DNA from: Polyangiales bacterium | Lineage (GTDB): Bacteria > Myxococcota_A > Polyangia > Polyangiales > Polyangiaceae | Reading direction: 5' to 3' | DNA length: 64,000 nucleotides | Assembly (NCBI GenBank): GCA_038231275.1 | Contig: JBBRLQ010000013.1 | Coordinates: 128,001-192,000 of the forward strand | Part shown: one piece after another, positions 45,814-56,315 of the stretch | How the letters are laid out: every line of letters starts with the position of its first letter | Numbering within the stretch: position 1 is the first letter of the stretch | Translations under genes and position numbers: made by a program | The notes under the pieces: generated by a model | Databases searched by the model: none | Told to the model about the DNA's origin: nothing | The model's input: the letters and a program-made list of their open reading frames with translations, nothing else

Positions 45814-47936
45814 GACAAGGCCTTCTGCGACGGGCGCTCCGCCGCCTCGTCACGCACGGTGGGCGCGACGCGTGGCAGGACGAAGGTGAACGTCGAGCCC
45901 TCGTTCTCGAGCGAGCGCACTTCGATCTCCCCCCCGAGCGCGCGGGCGAGGCGACGCGAGAGCGCGAGGCCGACGCCGGTGCCCGCGTAGCGACGGCCGT
46001 CCCCGACGTCGAGCTGATGGAAGTCTTGGAAGAGCTCGTTCAACGCGCGCGCGGGGATGCCGACCCCGGTGTCGCGCACCGAGATCCGGATCTCGCCGGA
46101 GGTCGCCCGCATGGTGAGGACCACCTCACCTTTGTCGGTGAACTTGATCGCGTTCGCGAGCAAATTGAGCAGGATTTGCCGCACGCGCTGAGAGTCGGTC
46201 ATCGACTCCACCGTCCCCTCCGGGACCTCGGCCACGAGGCGCAGGTCCTTGCCGCTCCGCAGGCTGTCCACCTCGGCGACGCACGCGCGCGCGAGCTGGC
46301 CGATGTTGACCGGCGCGAGGCGAACGTCGACGCGCCCCGCCTCGGCCTTCGCGAGATCGAGCACGTCGTTGATGAGCGACAGGAGATGCTCGCCGTTGCG
46401 CTTAATGCGTTCGAGCGACTCTCTCGCGCGCGGGCTCAAGTTCTCCTTGGGCGACGTCGCGAGCAGATCGGTGAATCCCAGGATCGCCGACAGCGGCGTG
46501 CGCAGCTCGTGGCTCATCGACGCGAGAAACTCCGTCTTCACCTTGTTGGCGCGGATCAGCGTCTCGCCCTGCTCGGTGAGCATGATGCTCTTCTCGCGCA
46601 AGCGATCATGCGTCCACGCGTTGTGGAGACCGACCGCGAGCTGCCGCGCCGCGTCGCGCACGAGATCGCCGCGCGCGGGTTCGAACGGATCGATGCCCGA
46701 GAGGAGAACGACGCCCGCCGCTTCGCCTCCGACGGCGACGGGCTGGGCGAGGATCCAGCGAAGATTCGTGCGCGCGAGCGTGAGGTCCACGGTCGGCGCC
46801 TCCCCGAGCGCCTCGCCCTCGACGAACATCGGCTCTCGGCGCTCCATGACGGTCCGGGCGAGGCCTTCCGGACTGAGCGTCGTATGCTCGAGCGCGCGTC
46901 CATCGGGCGTGACGGCGTGCACCGGGACGAGGCGATCGGCGTCGTCGAGGAGGAAGATCACGCCGACCTGCGCGTTCGCGAGGCGCGCCAGGCCGAGGAG
47001 ACCGGACGTCGCGAGCGCGTTGACGTCGAGCGTCTTCAGCTCGCGGACGAACTCGGCGTACGCGCGACCCGCGGCGTCACGCGACGCAAGCGCGGAGTTG
47101 GCGAGCGTGAGCTCGTCCAGAGCCCTCTCGCGATCCGCGAGCGTGCTGCGCAGGCTCGAGTCCTTTTCGAGCAGCAGCGACGCCATCTTCGCGAGGCTGC
47201 GACCGACGGCGCCGAGCTCGTCGCGTCGATCGGGGAGGATCGGCAACGGCTCGAGGCGACCGGTGGCGGCGAGGGCCTCCTCGAGCTGCGCGGCGGCGCC
47301 CGCGAGGTCGCGCGCGATCCAGATGCCGGTCATCATGGCGATGACGATCGCCGCGATGAGCACGCCGGTGGTGACACGGCGCGACTCGCCGGCCGACTCG
47401 AACGCCTGTCGCTCACGCGCGTTCGCCGCGTCCAGCGCCTCGTTGCGGAGCTCGGCCAAAATTTGGCGCATCTCGTCGGTGCGCGCCTTGCCAGCCGCCG
47501 TCCGCTCGGCGTCGATCGCCTCGGTGCCGCCCGTCTGGCGCTGGCGGATCTGCGGCTCGCTCACCGTCGCGATCCAATCGCGGACGAGACGACCAAACGC
47601 GGCGACGCGCTCGTCCTCCTTTCCATTCTCGGCGGTGGCCTGGGCTTCGGCGAGGACCGACTCGAGATCGTGCCGCGCCTGCTCGTACGGCATCAGGAAC
47701 GAGCGGTCGCCCGTGAGGAGGTAGCCGCGCTTGCCGGTCTCGAGATCGGCCATGAGGCGCAGCAGCACCTCGGCGCTGTCGGCGAGCTTCAAGTCGTGGG
47801 CGACGAGGCGCTCGAACTGGTGCTCGAGCTCCTGGTGCGACTTCTGCGCACGAAAGAGCCCGCCGCCGAGCACGCCCACCACGAGGAGGGAGCTCACCAG
47901 GATTCGCCAGAAGAGGGCGCTCGAGAGGAGGCGCAA
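45810..47936 (-). CDS. CHASE3-HAMP-GAF sensor histidine kinase
   Basis: ETGKRGYLLTG..FL.PY CHASE3, SHELRTPL, NAIKFT, GTGVGL. Confidence 0.9.
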   Translation of the reverse strand: MRLLSSALFWRILVSSLLVVGVLGGGLFRAQKSHQELEHQFERLVAHDLKLADSAEVLLRLMADLETGKRGYLLTGDRSFLMPYEQARHDLESVLAEAQATAENGKEDERVAAFGRLVRDWIATVSEPQIRQRQTGGTEAIDAERTAAGKARTDEMRQILAELRNEALDAANARERQAFESAGESRRVTTGVLIAAIVIAMMTGIWIARDLAGAAAQLEEALAATGRLEPLPILPDRRDELGAVGRSLAKMASLLLEKDSSLRSTLADRERALDELTLANSALASRDAAGRAYAEFVRELKTLDVNALATSGLLGLARLANAQVGVIFLLDDADRLVPVHAVTPDGRALEHTTLSPEGLARTVMERREPMFVEGEALGEAPTVDLTLARTNLRWILAQPVAVGGEAAGVVLLSGIDPFEPARGDLVRDAARQLAVGLHNAWTHDRLREKSIMLTEQGETLIRANKVKTEFLASMSHELRTPLSAILGFTDLLATSPKENLSPRARESLERIKRNGEHLLSLINDVLDLAKAEAGRVDVRLAPVNIGQLARACVAEVDSLRSGKDLRLVAEVPEGTVESMTDSQRVRQILLNLLANAIKFTDKGEVVLTMRATSGEIRISVRDTGVGIPARALNELFQDFHQLDVGDGRRYAGTGVGLALSRRLARALGGEIEVRSLENEGSTFTFVLPRVAPTVRDEAAERPSQKALS

Positions 47937-48025
47937 CGTACAAAGTGTAAGGCAAACCCCATGCGAACGCGAAAGGGCGCCGACGTTTGCGCGCTTTCCC
48001 CCTTTCCACCCCTACTTCAGCTACT

Positions 48026-49192
48026 TCAGCGCGCCGGACGCCCGATCCACGCCCCGAAGCAGGCCAGGCCCCAGAGAATCGGCGAGAAGGCGAGACCAAA
48101 CACCAACGCGATCGGGGCCGCGAGCCCCAGCGCGATCATGACGAGGAGCAAGGCGAGGGCACTGGCGAGGGCAGGCTCCAGCAACGTCGGCAGGCCCGAC
48201 GCGCGAGCGATGAGGAAGCCGCTGAATGGAAACGCCAACAAGACGCCGGATCCGAGGAGGAGCACCGGCGCGGTCGTGGCGACGTCTCGCTCGTCGACGG
48301 CGGAAAAATCGAAGTTCAGCCAATGTCCGGCGGCGATCGATCCGGCGAGCCCGGCGAGCATCGCCCCGATCGTGACGAACGCGCCGAGGACGATCCAGCG
48401 GATCATGATCGGCTGATCGGCGCGGCGAAGCGCGGCGCGCACGGTTCGCAAGCTCGGGGGCTGCGAGATGTAGAACGAGACACGCGAGAGGCGGGAGCCG
48501 CCGAGCTGGCGCGACGGACGCTCGGCGCGCTGCTGGAGATCGCTGCGCGCGAACCACGCGAGCGTCGCCATCCCCAGGAGCAGCGGGATCGCTCCGACGA
48601 GCGCGCCCGGCCCCCGCCCGTACACGAAGTGCTCGTAGAGACCGTGCGCGACCGTCGCGACGAGCCACGCGCCCCAGAAGATCGCGCCCGGCTGCTTGGC
48701 CTGCTTCGCGCGTCCGAGCGCGTAGCCCCACATCGTCGCGAAGAAGACGTGCGCCGGCAGCGCCATCAGCGCGCGCGCGTACCAGATCGCTCCGTACGGG
48801 TGATCATGGAGGACGACCGCGTTCTCGACACACGCGAAGCCGAGCGCCGCGACGCCGGAATAGACGACGCCGTCGTACGGCTCGTCGAAGTGCTTCGAGT
48901 TGAACGCGGGCCACACTGCGGCGACCTTCACCGCCTCGCGCATCGGCGCGACGAAGAAGAAGAGGAAGACGAGCGAGCCGGCGTTTCCCGCGGCGCTTAC
49001 CCGCGCGTCGAGGCCCGTGAACGCCGCAGCCTTCCGCTCCAGGTACAGCGCGCCCCCCGCCACGAGCGCGGCGAAGAGAAACGTCCCGATGACGATGCGC
49101 GGCGGCTCGCGCTCTTTGTCGCTGCGGTATACGAGCCACGCCGCGATGACGGCCGGCACGACGGCCGGAAGGAGCCAGCGCAGCAGGAACAT
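48026..49192 (-). CDS. PrsW-family intramembrane protease
   Basis: D.EREP, E..K, DG.VY...ALGFA..EN, P.H..F, HG.Y motifs. Confidence 0.85.
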   Translation of the reverse strand: MFLLRWLLPAVVPAVIAAWLVYRSDKEREPPRIVIGTFLFAALVAGGALYLERKAAAFTGLDARVSAAGNAGSLVFLFFFVAPMREAVKVAAVWPAFNSKHFDEPYDGVVYSGVAALGFACVENAVVLHDHPYGAIWYARALMALPAHVFFATMWGYALGRAKQAKQPGAIFWGAWLVATVAHGLYEHFVYGRGPGALVGAIPLLLGMATLAWFARSDLQQRAERPSRQLGGSRLSRVSFYISQPPSLRTVRAALRRADQPIMIRWIVLGAFVTIGAMLAGLAGSIAAGHWLNFDFSAVDERDVATTAPVLLLGSGVLLAFPFSGFLIARASGLPTLLEPALASALALLLVMIALGLAAPIALVFGLAFSPILWGLACFGAWIGRPAR

Positions 49193-49995
49193 CAGAGGCC
49201 CAGGTGGAGCCCCAACCGCACGAATCCGCCCGCGCCGAAGCCCGCGCTGTTGCCGCTGTTCGCGTAGAGCGGCTGGTTCTTGATGGCGTCTTGCTGCGCG
49301 GTCGTCAGGCCCGCCGGCAGCGCGACGGGCGGCCGCTTCAAGAAGAGCGCCTCGCCCATCCCCGAGATGCCGATCGAGAAGAGCGACGACAGGTAATAGT
49401 CGAAGCCGAGATCGAGCCCCGCGTCGAACCCGTGCACGGAGACGTCGCTCGCGGAGGACGAGGTCGCCGAGTCGAGCGACGATCCCGACAGCGAGCCGAG
49501 GAACGAGTAGCCGCCGTGCACGCCGATGTACGGATCGAATTTGCTCTCCGTGAAATGGAAGGCAACCTCGCCGTTCAGCTGCCACATGCTGAACGCGGAG
49601 AGCTGGTTCAGCTTCATGCGAACGCCCGCCGCGAAGACGAGGAGGCGCACGCCCGCGCCGAGTCCGAACGCGGGGCCGACGCTGTTGGTCTTCTGGATGC
49701 CGAGGCTCGACGCGTTGAACGAGTCGAGGCTCACGTACGACAGACCGAGGTCCGCGTTCGCGTAAAACAGCTCAAAATTGCGCCCGCTGTCCTTCTTCTC
49801 CGACTCGTCGAGCTGCGCCGTCGTGCTCTTGCCGTCCTCGTTGATGGGGCCGCCGGGCTTGTTCGGGGCACCCTGCGAATTCGGATCAATCGGCGGCGGC
49901 GGCGCGAGGTCCTGAGCGCGCGCTGTCGCAGCGAACGTCGAGAGGGCGGCGACGGCGACGGCGGTCGGCAGGGCGTGGCGCAGGGCGTGGCGCAT
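49192..49995 (-). CDS. Outer-membrane beta-barrel-like protein
   Basis: Signal peptide, amphipathic strands, C-terminal RLGLHL. Confidence 0.65.
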   Translation of the reverse strand: MRHALRHALPTAVAVAALSTFAATARAQDLAPPPPIDPNSQGAPNKPGGPINEDGKSTTAQLDESEKKDSGRNFELFYANADLGLSYVSLDSFNASSLGIQKTNSVGPAFGLGAGVRLLVFAAGVRMKLNQLSAFSMWQLNGEVAFHFTESKFDPYIGVHGGYSFLGSLSGSSLDSATSSSASDVSVHGFDAGLDLGFDYYLSSLFSIGISGMGEALFLKRPPVALPAGLTTAQQDAIKNQPLYANSGNSAGFGAGGFVRLGLHLGL

Positions 49996-50201
49996 CAGTT
50001 CTCGAGCTCCTCGTTCGCGCTCCGTGCGGCGCGCGCGACGTCGAGGTCCTCCTCGTCGGGGACCTCGCCGGTCGGCACGCGGTACGTCTCGCTCAGCCAA
50101 TTTCCGAGATCTACCTGCCGGCAGCGCGGCGAGCAAAAGGGAGAGGCGGGGTTATCGAGCCTGGGCAACGCGTTCTTCTTGCAAATGGGGCACGCAGCCA
50201 T
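49995..50201 (-). CDS. yacG: DNA gyrase inhibitor YacG
   Basis: CPIC...PFCS.RCR.VDLG.W..E.Y.VP. Confidence 0.93.
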   Translation of the reverse strand: MAACPICKKNALPRLDNPASPFCSPRCRQVDLGNWLSETYRVPTGEVPDEEDLDVARAARSANEELEN

Positions 50202-50260
50202 CGCCCCTATTTTCTAGCACAGCTAGGAGCTGATCGCGTCGGTGCGCCCGCCCGTGGGTT

Positions 50261-52630
50261 TTACTCCGCGGCCTGGACGTCCGGCTGCTTCTCGTCGGGC
50301 GAAGGCGGCGCGGGCGGGGGCGGCTCCTCCGGAGGCGTCGCGGCCGGTGCGACCACGATCTCTTCGCACGAGCGCTCGAGGATTTCCGCCACGTCGAGCT
50401 GGTGGATCTTCTCCTCGAGGTTTTGGCTCTTGAGCCCGTCGGTGAGCATCTGCACGCAGAAGGGGCAGCCCGACGCGATCGTCTTCTCGCCCGGCGCGCC
50501 GCCGCCATGGACCGCGTCGACGAGCTGCAGCGTGCGCTTCACGTTCACGCGGTTCTGGTTCTGCTCTTCCATCCACATCTGCGCGCCGCCGGCACCGCAG
50601 CAGAGGCCGCGCTGCTTGTTCCAGTACTCGGCCTCGACGAGCTCGACGCCCGGGATGCGCTTCAAGATCTCGCGCGGTGACTCGTACACGCCGTTGTAGC
50701 GGCCGAGGTAGCAGCTGTCGTGGTAGACAACGCGCCCCGGCGCTGGCTTCGTGGGGTGGAGCTTCCCCTCGGCGAGGAGGCCGAGAAGAAAATCCGTGTG
50801 GTGCACGACCTCGAGGGTCACTCCAAAGTCGGGGTACTCGTTCTTCAGCGTGTTGAAGCAGTGCGGGCAGGCCGTGACGACCTTCTTCATCCCGCCCTTC
50901 TCTTTGTACTGGTTCAATACCGCCGCGTTGCCCTCGGCGAGCTGCGCGAAGAGGATCTCGTGCCCGGCGCGGCGCGCAGGATCACCGGTGCAGTTCTCTT
51001 CTCGTCCCAGGATCGCGAAATCGACCTTCGCCATCTTGAGCAGCTTGGCCGTCGCGCGCGCGATCTTCTTCGCGCGATCGTCGTAGCTCGCGGCGCAGCC
51101 AACCCAATAGAGGACCTCGGCCTCCGGCTTGTCGGCGAACATCGGAATCTCGAGCCCGTCCGACCACGCCGCGCGGTCGATGCGCGAGAGATTCCAGGGG
51201 TTGCCGTTCACCTCGATGGCCTGGAAGGTGCGATTGAGCTCCGACGGGAACTCGTTTTTCACCATCACGAGGTTTCGCCGCATGCCGACGATCTTGTCGA
51301 CGTACGAGATCATCACCGGGCACTGCTCCTCGCAGGCGCGGCAGGTGGTGCAGGCCCAGAGGACGTCGGGGTGAACGATGTTCGAGACGAGATCGATCGT
51401 CGCGTAGTGGGCATGCGCGGGCTCGGCTGCCGACGCCGACGCCGACCCCGACGCCGACCCCGACGCCGACCCCGACGCCGACGCCGACTCCGACTCCGGT
51501 GCCGACGCCGGCTTCTCCTGCTTCGCCTCCTCGTGCTCGATGAGCTCCCCCTCGTGCTCGTAGAGGTGATCCCTCATCGACAGGAGGTAGTGCTTCGGGC
51601 TGAGGATCTTCCCCGTGCGGTGCGCAGGACAATTGTCCGAGCAGCGCCCGCACTCGGTGCACGTGTAGAAATCGAGCAGCGCCTTCCACGTGAAGTGATC
51701 GACCTTCGCCACGCCGAAGGGCGCGCGCGTCGGCTCCGGCAGCTCCGCCACAGCGCCAAACTGCTCCATCAGCTTCTCGAGGTTCTCCGCCATCGGCTTG
51801 AGGCGGCCCGGCGGCTCGAGGCTGCGGAAGAACACGTTCGGGATCGCGGTGATGACGTGAAAGTGCTTCGAGTGCGGGAGCAGGTTCAAGAACAAGAGGA
51901 CGAGCGCCGAGTGCGTCCAGAAGCCGATGTGTGCGAGCGCGATGAGCCAGCCGGCCGAAAGGTTCTTGAAGAGAACCGCGAACGCCGAGCCGGTCGGCGA
52001 CGGGAACGCGCTCCACACGGGCTCGTGAACCTCTGTTCCGAGCGGGGCCACGATCGTGTCGATCATCGCGCACTGGTGCGGCGAGGCAGGACCGCCCGCC
52101 GCGCAGAACGTCCCCTTCTGGAACGCGAGGACGATCGACGCGCCGTCGTAGGCCATGTCGGCGACCATCATCGTGCCGATGATGCAGAGGATGAGGAGAC
52201 CCTCGCCGGACAGCGTCATCCGGCGCTCTTTGCGGATCGCGCGGTAGTAGATGAAGACGAGGACGCCCGCGAGGACCAGGAATCCGATGACGTCCTTCGC
52301 GAACTCGTACACCTTGCCGAGCGGCATGGACGGTCCGAGGATGAACAGGTTCCACGCCGGGTAAAATCCGCGGCCCCACAGGATGAGCGTGCGGAACAAG
52401 AGGAGGAGGAAGCCCGTGAAGATGAGCTTGTGGGCGATCCCGGCCGGTTGGTAGTAGTCCATCCGCTCCTGGGCGAACGCGTACCGCCAGACGCCGCCGA
52501 GGCGCTTCCAGATGTGGTCGAAGCGTCCTTCGCCGAGGCCGATCTTGAGGAGCTGCCAGCGGCGGTTCGCCGACCAGAGGAACATCGCGTGGGCGCCCAC
52601 GATGAGGGCCAGCATCACCGTGGGGTTCAT
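50261..52630 (-). CDS. Membrane Fe-S oxidoreductase (FadF/HdrD-like, CCG domains)
   Basis: TM domain, CTECGRC...CP, CTTCRAC...CP, CPHC, HDSC, CCGAGG. Confidence 0.9.
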   Translation of the reverse strand: MNPTVMLALIVGAHAMFLWSANRRWQLLKIGLGEGRFDHIWKRLGGVWRYAFAQERMDYYQPAGIAHKLIFTGFLLLLFRTLILWGRGFYPAWNLFILGPSMPLGKVYEFAKDVIGFLVLAGVLVFIYYRAIRKERRMTLSGEGLLILCIIGTMMVADMAYDGASIVLAFQKGTFCAAGGPASPHQCAMIDTIVAPLGTEVHEPVWSAFPSPTGSAFAVLFKNLSAGWLIALAHIGFWTHSALVLLFLNLLPHSKHFHVITAIPNVFFRSLEPPGRLKPMAENLEKLMEQFGAVAELPEPTRAPFGVAKVDHFTWKALLDFYTCTECGRCSDNCPAHRTGKILSPKHYLLSMRDHLYEHEGELIEHEEAKQEKPASAPESESASASGSASGSASGSASASAAEPAHAHYATIDLVSNIVHPDVLWACTTCRACEEQCPVMISYVDKIVGMRRNLVMVKNEFPSELNRTFQAIEVNGNPWNLSRIDRAAWSDGLEIPMFADKPEAEVLYWVGCAASYDDRAKKIARATAKLLKMAKVDFAILGREENCTGDPARRAGHEILFAQLAEGNAAVLNQYKEKGGMKKVVTACPHCFNTLKNEYPDFGVTLEVVHHTDFLLGLLAEGKLHPTKPAPGRVVYHDSCYLGRYNGVYESPREILKRIPGVELVEAEYWNKQRGLCCGAGGAQMWMEEQNQNRVNVKRTLQLVDAVHGGGAPGEKTIASGCPFCVQMLTDGLKSQNLEEKIHQLDVAEILERSCEEIVVAPAATPPEEPPPPAPPSPDEKQPDVQAAE

Positions 52631-52695
52631 GCGCTCTCCGGGTTCATTCTGAACCGCGTTCCATATAGGGTACACGTGAGGCGCGTCAACCAAGC

Positions 52696-53463
52696 ATGAT
52701 CGGCCGGAGATCCTTCGTTCGTACGCTCCTCGCCGCGCCGCTCGTCGGCTGTGCGGTGACGCCTCTTCAGTCCGCACCGCGAACGGTCCCGCTTCCGCCG
52801 GGGCGGCGCCTCAAAGTCCTGTGCGTCGGCGCGCACCCCGACGATCCCGAGAGCGGCTGCGGAGGCACGCTTTCGCGGTACGCGGAGGCCGGGCACGACG
52901 TGGCCCTCCTCTATTTGACGGGCGGCGAGAGGGGCGTCGCCGGCAAGACCTCCGAGGAGTCCGCGCGCACGCGCATGGCCGAGGCGCGCGACGCGTGCGC
53001 GATCCTCGGGGCCAAGGCCATCTTCGCCGGGCAAGTGAGCGGCGACGTGCAGGTCACGCAGGCGCGCACCGACGAATTCCGGAGGATCTTCGACGGCGAG
53101 AAGGCGGACGTCGTCTTCGGTCATTGGCCGCTCGACACCGAGTGGGAGCACCAAGCCGCCGCGATCCTCACCCTCCGCGCCTACCTCGCGACGCCGCGCG
53201 CGGTCCCCCTCTACCTCTACGAGGTGCAGAGCGGCGCGCAGACGCTCGGCTTCGCGCCGACTGCGTACGTCGACATCTCGAAGACGCGCGAGAAGAAGAC
53301 CCAGGCCCTCCGCGCCCACAAGAGCCAGAGCTTCGAGCGTCTCTACGAGGAGCACCACGAGAAGATCGAAGCGTTCCGCGGGCGCGAGCTCGGCGTCTTC
53401 GCCGCGGAGGCGTTCGCAACCCTTGGACCTGACGCAACGTCCGGCGCGTTACCAGGGATTTGA
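52696..53463 (+). CDS. PIG-L family deacetylase with Tat-like signal
   Basis: RRSFV signal; GAHPDD motif. Confidence 0.85.
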   Translation: MIGRRSFVRTLLAAPLVGCAVTPLQSAPRTVPLPPGRRLKVLCVGAHPDDPESGCGGTLSRYAEAGHDVALLYLTGGERGVAGKTSEESARTRMAEARDACAILGAKAIFAGQVSGDVQVTQARTDEFRRIFDGEKADVVFGHWPLDTEWEHQAAAILTLRAYLATPRAVPLYLYEVQSGAQTLGFAPTAYVDISKTREKKTQALRAHKSQSFERLYEEHHEKIEAFRGRELGVFAAEAFATLGPDATSGALPGI

Positions 53464-53533
53464 CCATGAAAAGTGGCGGGCAGCCCCTGGACTTCGTGCT
53501 ACCGAGAGGACCTCAAATCCCTCGAGGTGCGAT

Positions 53534-55801
53534 ATGCGATCTGGAAAATTCCTGGCTCCCCTCTCCGTATCGTTCGCTCTCCTTGGCCTCGCGGGCCTCG
53601 CGGGTCTGCCCGCCTGCGGAGGCGCAGCTCCCGACGGGTCGCGCCTGCCCGTCGCGTCCGCGACTCCGACAACTGCCGCCGGCGCCACGCCGACGAGCCC
53701 CGCAAAGGACGCAGCGTCCGTGAAGAACCCGCTACTCGCCCCGTGGACCGGCCCGTACGGCGGCGTTCCGCCCTTCGGCAAGTTCGCCGTCTCCGACATG
53801 AAGCCGGCCCTCGAGGCCGCGATCGCCGAGAACCTCTCGGACATCGACAAGATCGCGCAGAACCCCGCGCCGGCGACGTTCGAGAACACGATCGCCGCGA
53901 TGGAAGGCTCCGGCAAGGCGCTCCAGCGCGCGGCCTCCGTCTACAACATCTACACCGGCACGATGAACGACGACGCCGTGCAGGCCGTCGAGCGCGACAT
54001 GGCGCCGAAGCTCGCGGCGCTGAACGACACGATCACGCAGAACTCGAAGCTCTTCGCGCGCATCGCGACGGTCTACGCCGCGCGCGAGTCGAGCGGCCTC
54101 ACGCCCGAGCAGCAGCGCCTCGTGTGGCTCGACCACACGCAGTTCGTCCGCGCCGGCGCCAAGCTCGACGACGCCGCGAAGAAGAAGCTGTTCGACATGA
54201 ACCAGCGCCTCGCCGCGCTCTACACCACGTTCGGCCAGAACATCCTCGCCGAGGAGGGTACGCAGATCGTGCTCCTCGAGAGCGAGGCCGATCTCGCCGG
54301 CCTCCCGCAGTCCCTGAAGGACGGCGCGGCGTCGACGGCGACTGCGCGCGGCAAGCAGGGCAAGTGGGCGATCGCCAACACGCGCTCGAGCGTCGATCCG
54401 TTCCTCACAACCTCCACGCGCCGCGATCTTCGCGAGAAGGTGTGGAAGATGTTCACGTCGCGCGGCGACAACGGCGACGCGCACGACACGAACGCTACTA
54501 TCGCGGAGATCCTGAAGATCCGCGCCGAGCGCGCCAAGCTCCTCGGCTACCCGACGCACGCCCACTGGCGCCTCGAGGACTCGATGGCCAAGACGCCCGA
54601 GCACGCGATGACGCTCATGGAGGCGGTGTGGAAGCCGGCCGTCGCGCGCGTCCACGAAGAGGTGAAGGACATGCAGTCCATCGCCGACAAAGAGAAAGCG
54701 GGGATCAAAATCGCCCCGTGGGACTACCGCTTCTACGCCGAGAAGGTTCGGAAGGCGAAGTACGATCTCGATCAGAACGACGTGAAGCCGTACCTGCAGC
54801 TCGAGAAGCTCCGCGAGGGGATGTTCTGGGTCGCCGGTGAGCTGTTCGGCCTGAAATTCAGCCAGATCACGGACGGCTCGGTCGCGGTCTACCACCCCGA
54901 CGTCCGCGTCTTCCGCGTCACCGACGCGCAGGATCACCACGTCGGCCTCTGGTTCTTCGATCCGTACGCGCGCCCGGGGAAGAACTCCGGCGCGTGGATG
55001 AACGAGTACCGCCCGCAATCGCGCTTCGACGGCGACGTGCCGACCATCGTAAGCAACAACGCCAACTTCGTGAAGGGCGAGGGCAACGAGCCGATCCTCG
55101 TGAGCTGGGACGACGCGCGCACGCTCTTCCACGAGTTCGGCCACGCGCTGCACGGTCTCTCGTCGAACGTGACGTACCCGACGCTCGCAGGCACCAACGT
55201 CGCGCGCGACTACGTCGAGTTCCCGTCGCAGCTCCTCGAGCCGTGGCTGGCGACGCCGGAGGTGCTGAACAAGTTCGCGGTTCACGTGAAGACCGGCAAG
55301 CCGATTCCCGCCGAGCTCGTGAAGAAGCTCCAGAAGAGCGAGAAGTTCAACCAGGGCTTCGCGACCGTCGAATACCTGTCCTCCGCGCTCATCGACATGA
55401 AGCTGCACCTCGCGGGTGACAAGACGATCGATCCGCGCGCGTTCGAGAAGGAGACGCTCGCCGCGCTCGGGATGCCGAGCGAGCTCGTGATGCGCCACCG
55501 CACGCCGCAGTTCGGGCACGTGTTCTCGGGCGACGGCTACTCCGCCGGCTACTACAGCTACCTCTGGTCGGAGACGCTCTCGACCGACGCGTTCGAAGCG
55601 TTCACCGAGGCGAGCGGCCCGTACGACAAGGCGGTCGCGCGACGGTTGAAGGACAAGGTCTTCAGCGTCGGCAACACCGTCGATCCGGCCGACGGCTACC
55701 GCGCATTTCGCGGGCGCGATCCCGGCATCGCCGCGCTCATGCGCCACCGCGGCTTCCCGGTCCCCGCCGGGACCGCGACCCCGCCGGCGAAGAAGAACTG
55801 A
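53534..55801 (+). CDS. M3 family metallopeptidase (Dcp-like) lipoprotein
   Basis: HEFGHALH, DYVEFPSQ, YSAGYYSY. Confidence 0.93.
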   Translation: MRSGKFLAPLSVSFALLGLAGLAGLPACGGAAPDGSRLPVASATPTTAAGATPTSPAKDAASVKNPLLAPWTGPYGGVPPFGKFAVSDMKPALEAAIAENLSDIDKIAQNPAPATFENTIAAMEGSGKALQRAASVYNIYTGTMNDDAVQAVERDMAPKLAALNDTITQNSKLFARIATVYAARESSGLTPEQQRLVWLDHTQFVRAGAKLDDAAKKKLFDMNQRLAALYTTFGQNILAEEGTQIVLLESEADLAGLPQSLKDGAASTATARGKQGKWAIANTRSSVDPFLTTSTRRDLREKVWKMFTSRGDNGDAHDTNATIAEILKIRAERAKLLGYPTHAHWRLEDSMAKTPEHAMTLMEAVWKPAVARVHEEVKDMQSIADKEKAGIKIAPWDYRFYAEKVRKAKYDLDQNDVKPYLQLEKLREGMFWVAGELFGLKFSQITDGSVAVYHPDVRVFRVTDAQDHHVGLWFFDPYARPGKNSGAWMNEYRPQSRFDGDVPTIVSNNANFVKGEGNEPILVSWDDARTLFHEFGHALHGLSSNVTYPTLAGTNVARDYVEFPSQLLEPWLATPEVLNKFAVHVKTGKPIPAELVKKLQKSEKFNQGFATVEYLSSALIDMKLHLAGDKTIDPRAFEKETLAALGMPSELVMRHRTPQFGHVFSGDGYSAGYYSYLWSETLSTDAFEAFTEASGPYDKAVARRLKDKVFSVGNTVDPADGYRAFRGRDPGIAALMRHRGFPVPAGTATPPAKKN

Positions 55802-55803
55802 TC

Positions 55804-56271
55804 ATGACCTCGAAGCAGAAGAGCGCGAAGGCGAAGACGAAAGCGAAGGCGCCCGCGAAGAAGGTCGCCTCGCGCATGACGGCGAAGGTCTCGCCGCTCA
55901 AAGGGATGCCCGTCGCGGACTGGGTGAAGGCGAAGACCCAGGGGTGGCAGACCGAAGTGATCGTGCGTCTGCTCGAGGTCGCGGCGAAGGCGGCGCCCAA
56001 GGCGACGGTGTCGATCAAATGGGGCCAGCCCGTCATCGAGCACAACGGGCCGCTCGCGTGGGTGAAGCCGGCGAAGGAGCACGTCGCGTTCGGCTTCTGG
56101 CGCGGCCGCGAGCTCGCGGGCGGCGATCGCCTCGATGGGTCTGGCGACCGCATGGCGCACGTGAAAATCGCCTCGCCGGACGCACTCGACGCTAAGTGGA
56201 TCGGCGCCCTCGTGCGCGAGGCGGTCCAGTTGAACGAACGCCTCGGCGACCCGAGCAAGCGAACGCGCTGA
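55804..56271 (+). CDS. DUF1801 domain protein
   Basis: IKWGQP, HV.FGFW.G, G.G..M.HVK. Confidence 0.75.
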   Translation: MTSKQKSAKAKTKAKAPAKKVASRMTAKVSPLKGMPVADWVKAKTQGWQTEVIVRLLEVAAKAAPKATVSIKWGQPVIEHNGPLAWVKPAKEHVAFGFWRGRELAGGDRLDGSGDRMAHVKIASPDALDAKWIGALVREAVQLNERLGDPSKRTR

Positions 56272-56315
56272 AGGTTTCGTCCTCGCCTCCCCGCTGGAGC
56301 GAGGCGTCTTCACCG

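Noticed and set aside
46017..48416. Long antisense ORFs (also 50720..52699, 53732..55747 and others)
   Set aside because: Shadow frames of high-GC genes with no motifs; the opposite strand encodes clear families
51429..51500. GCCGAC/CCCGAC repeat
   Set aside because: Encodes an in-frame Ser/Ala/Gly linker inside the Fe-S oxidoreductase
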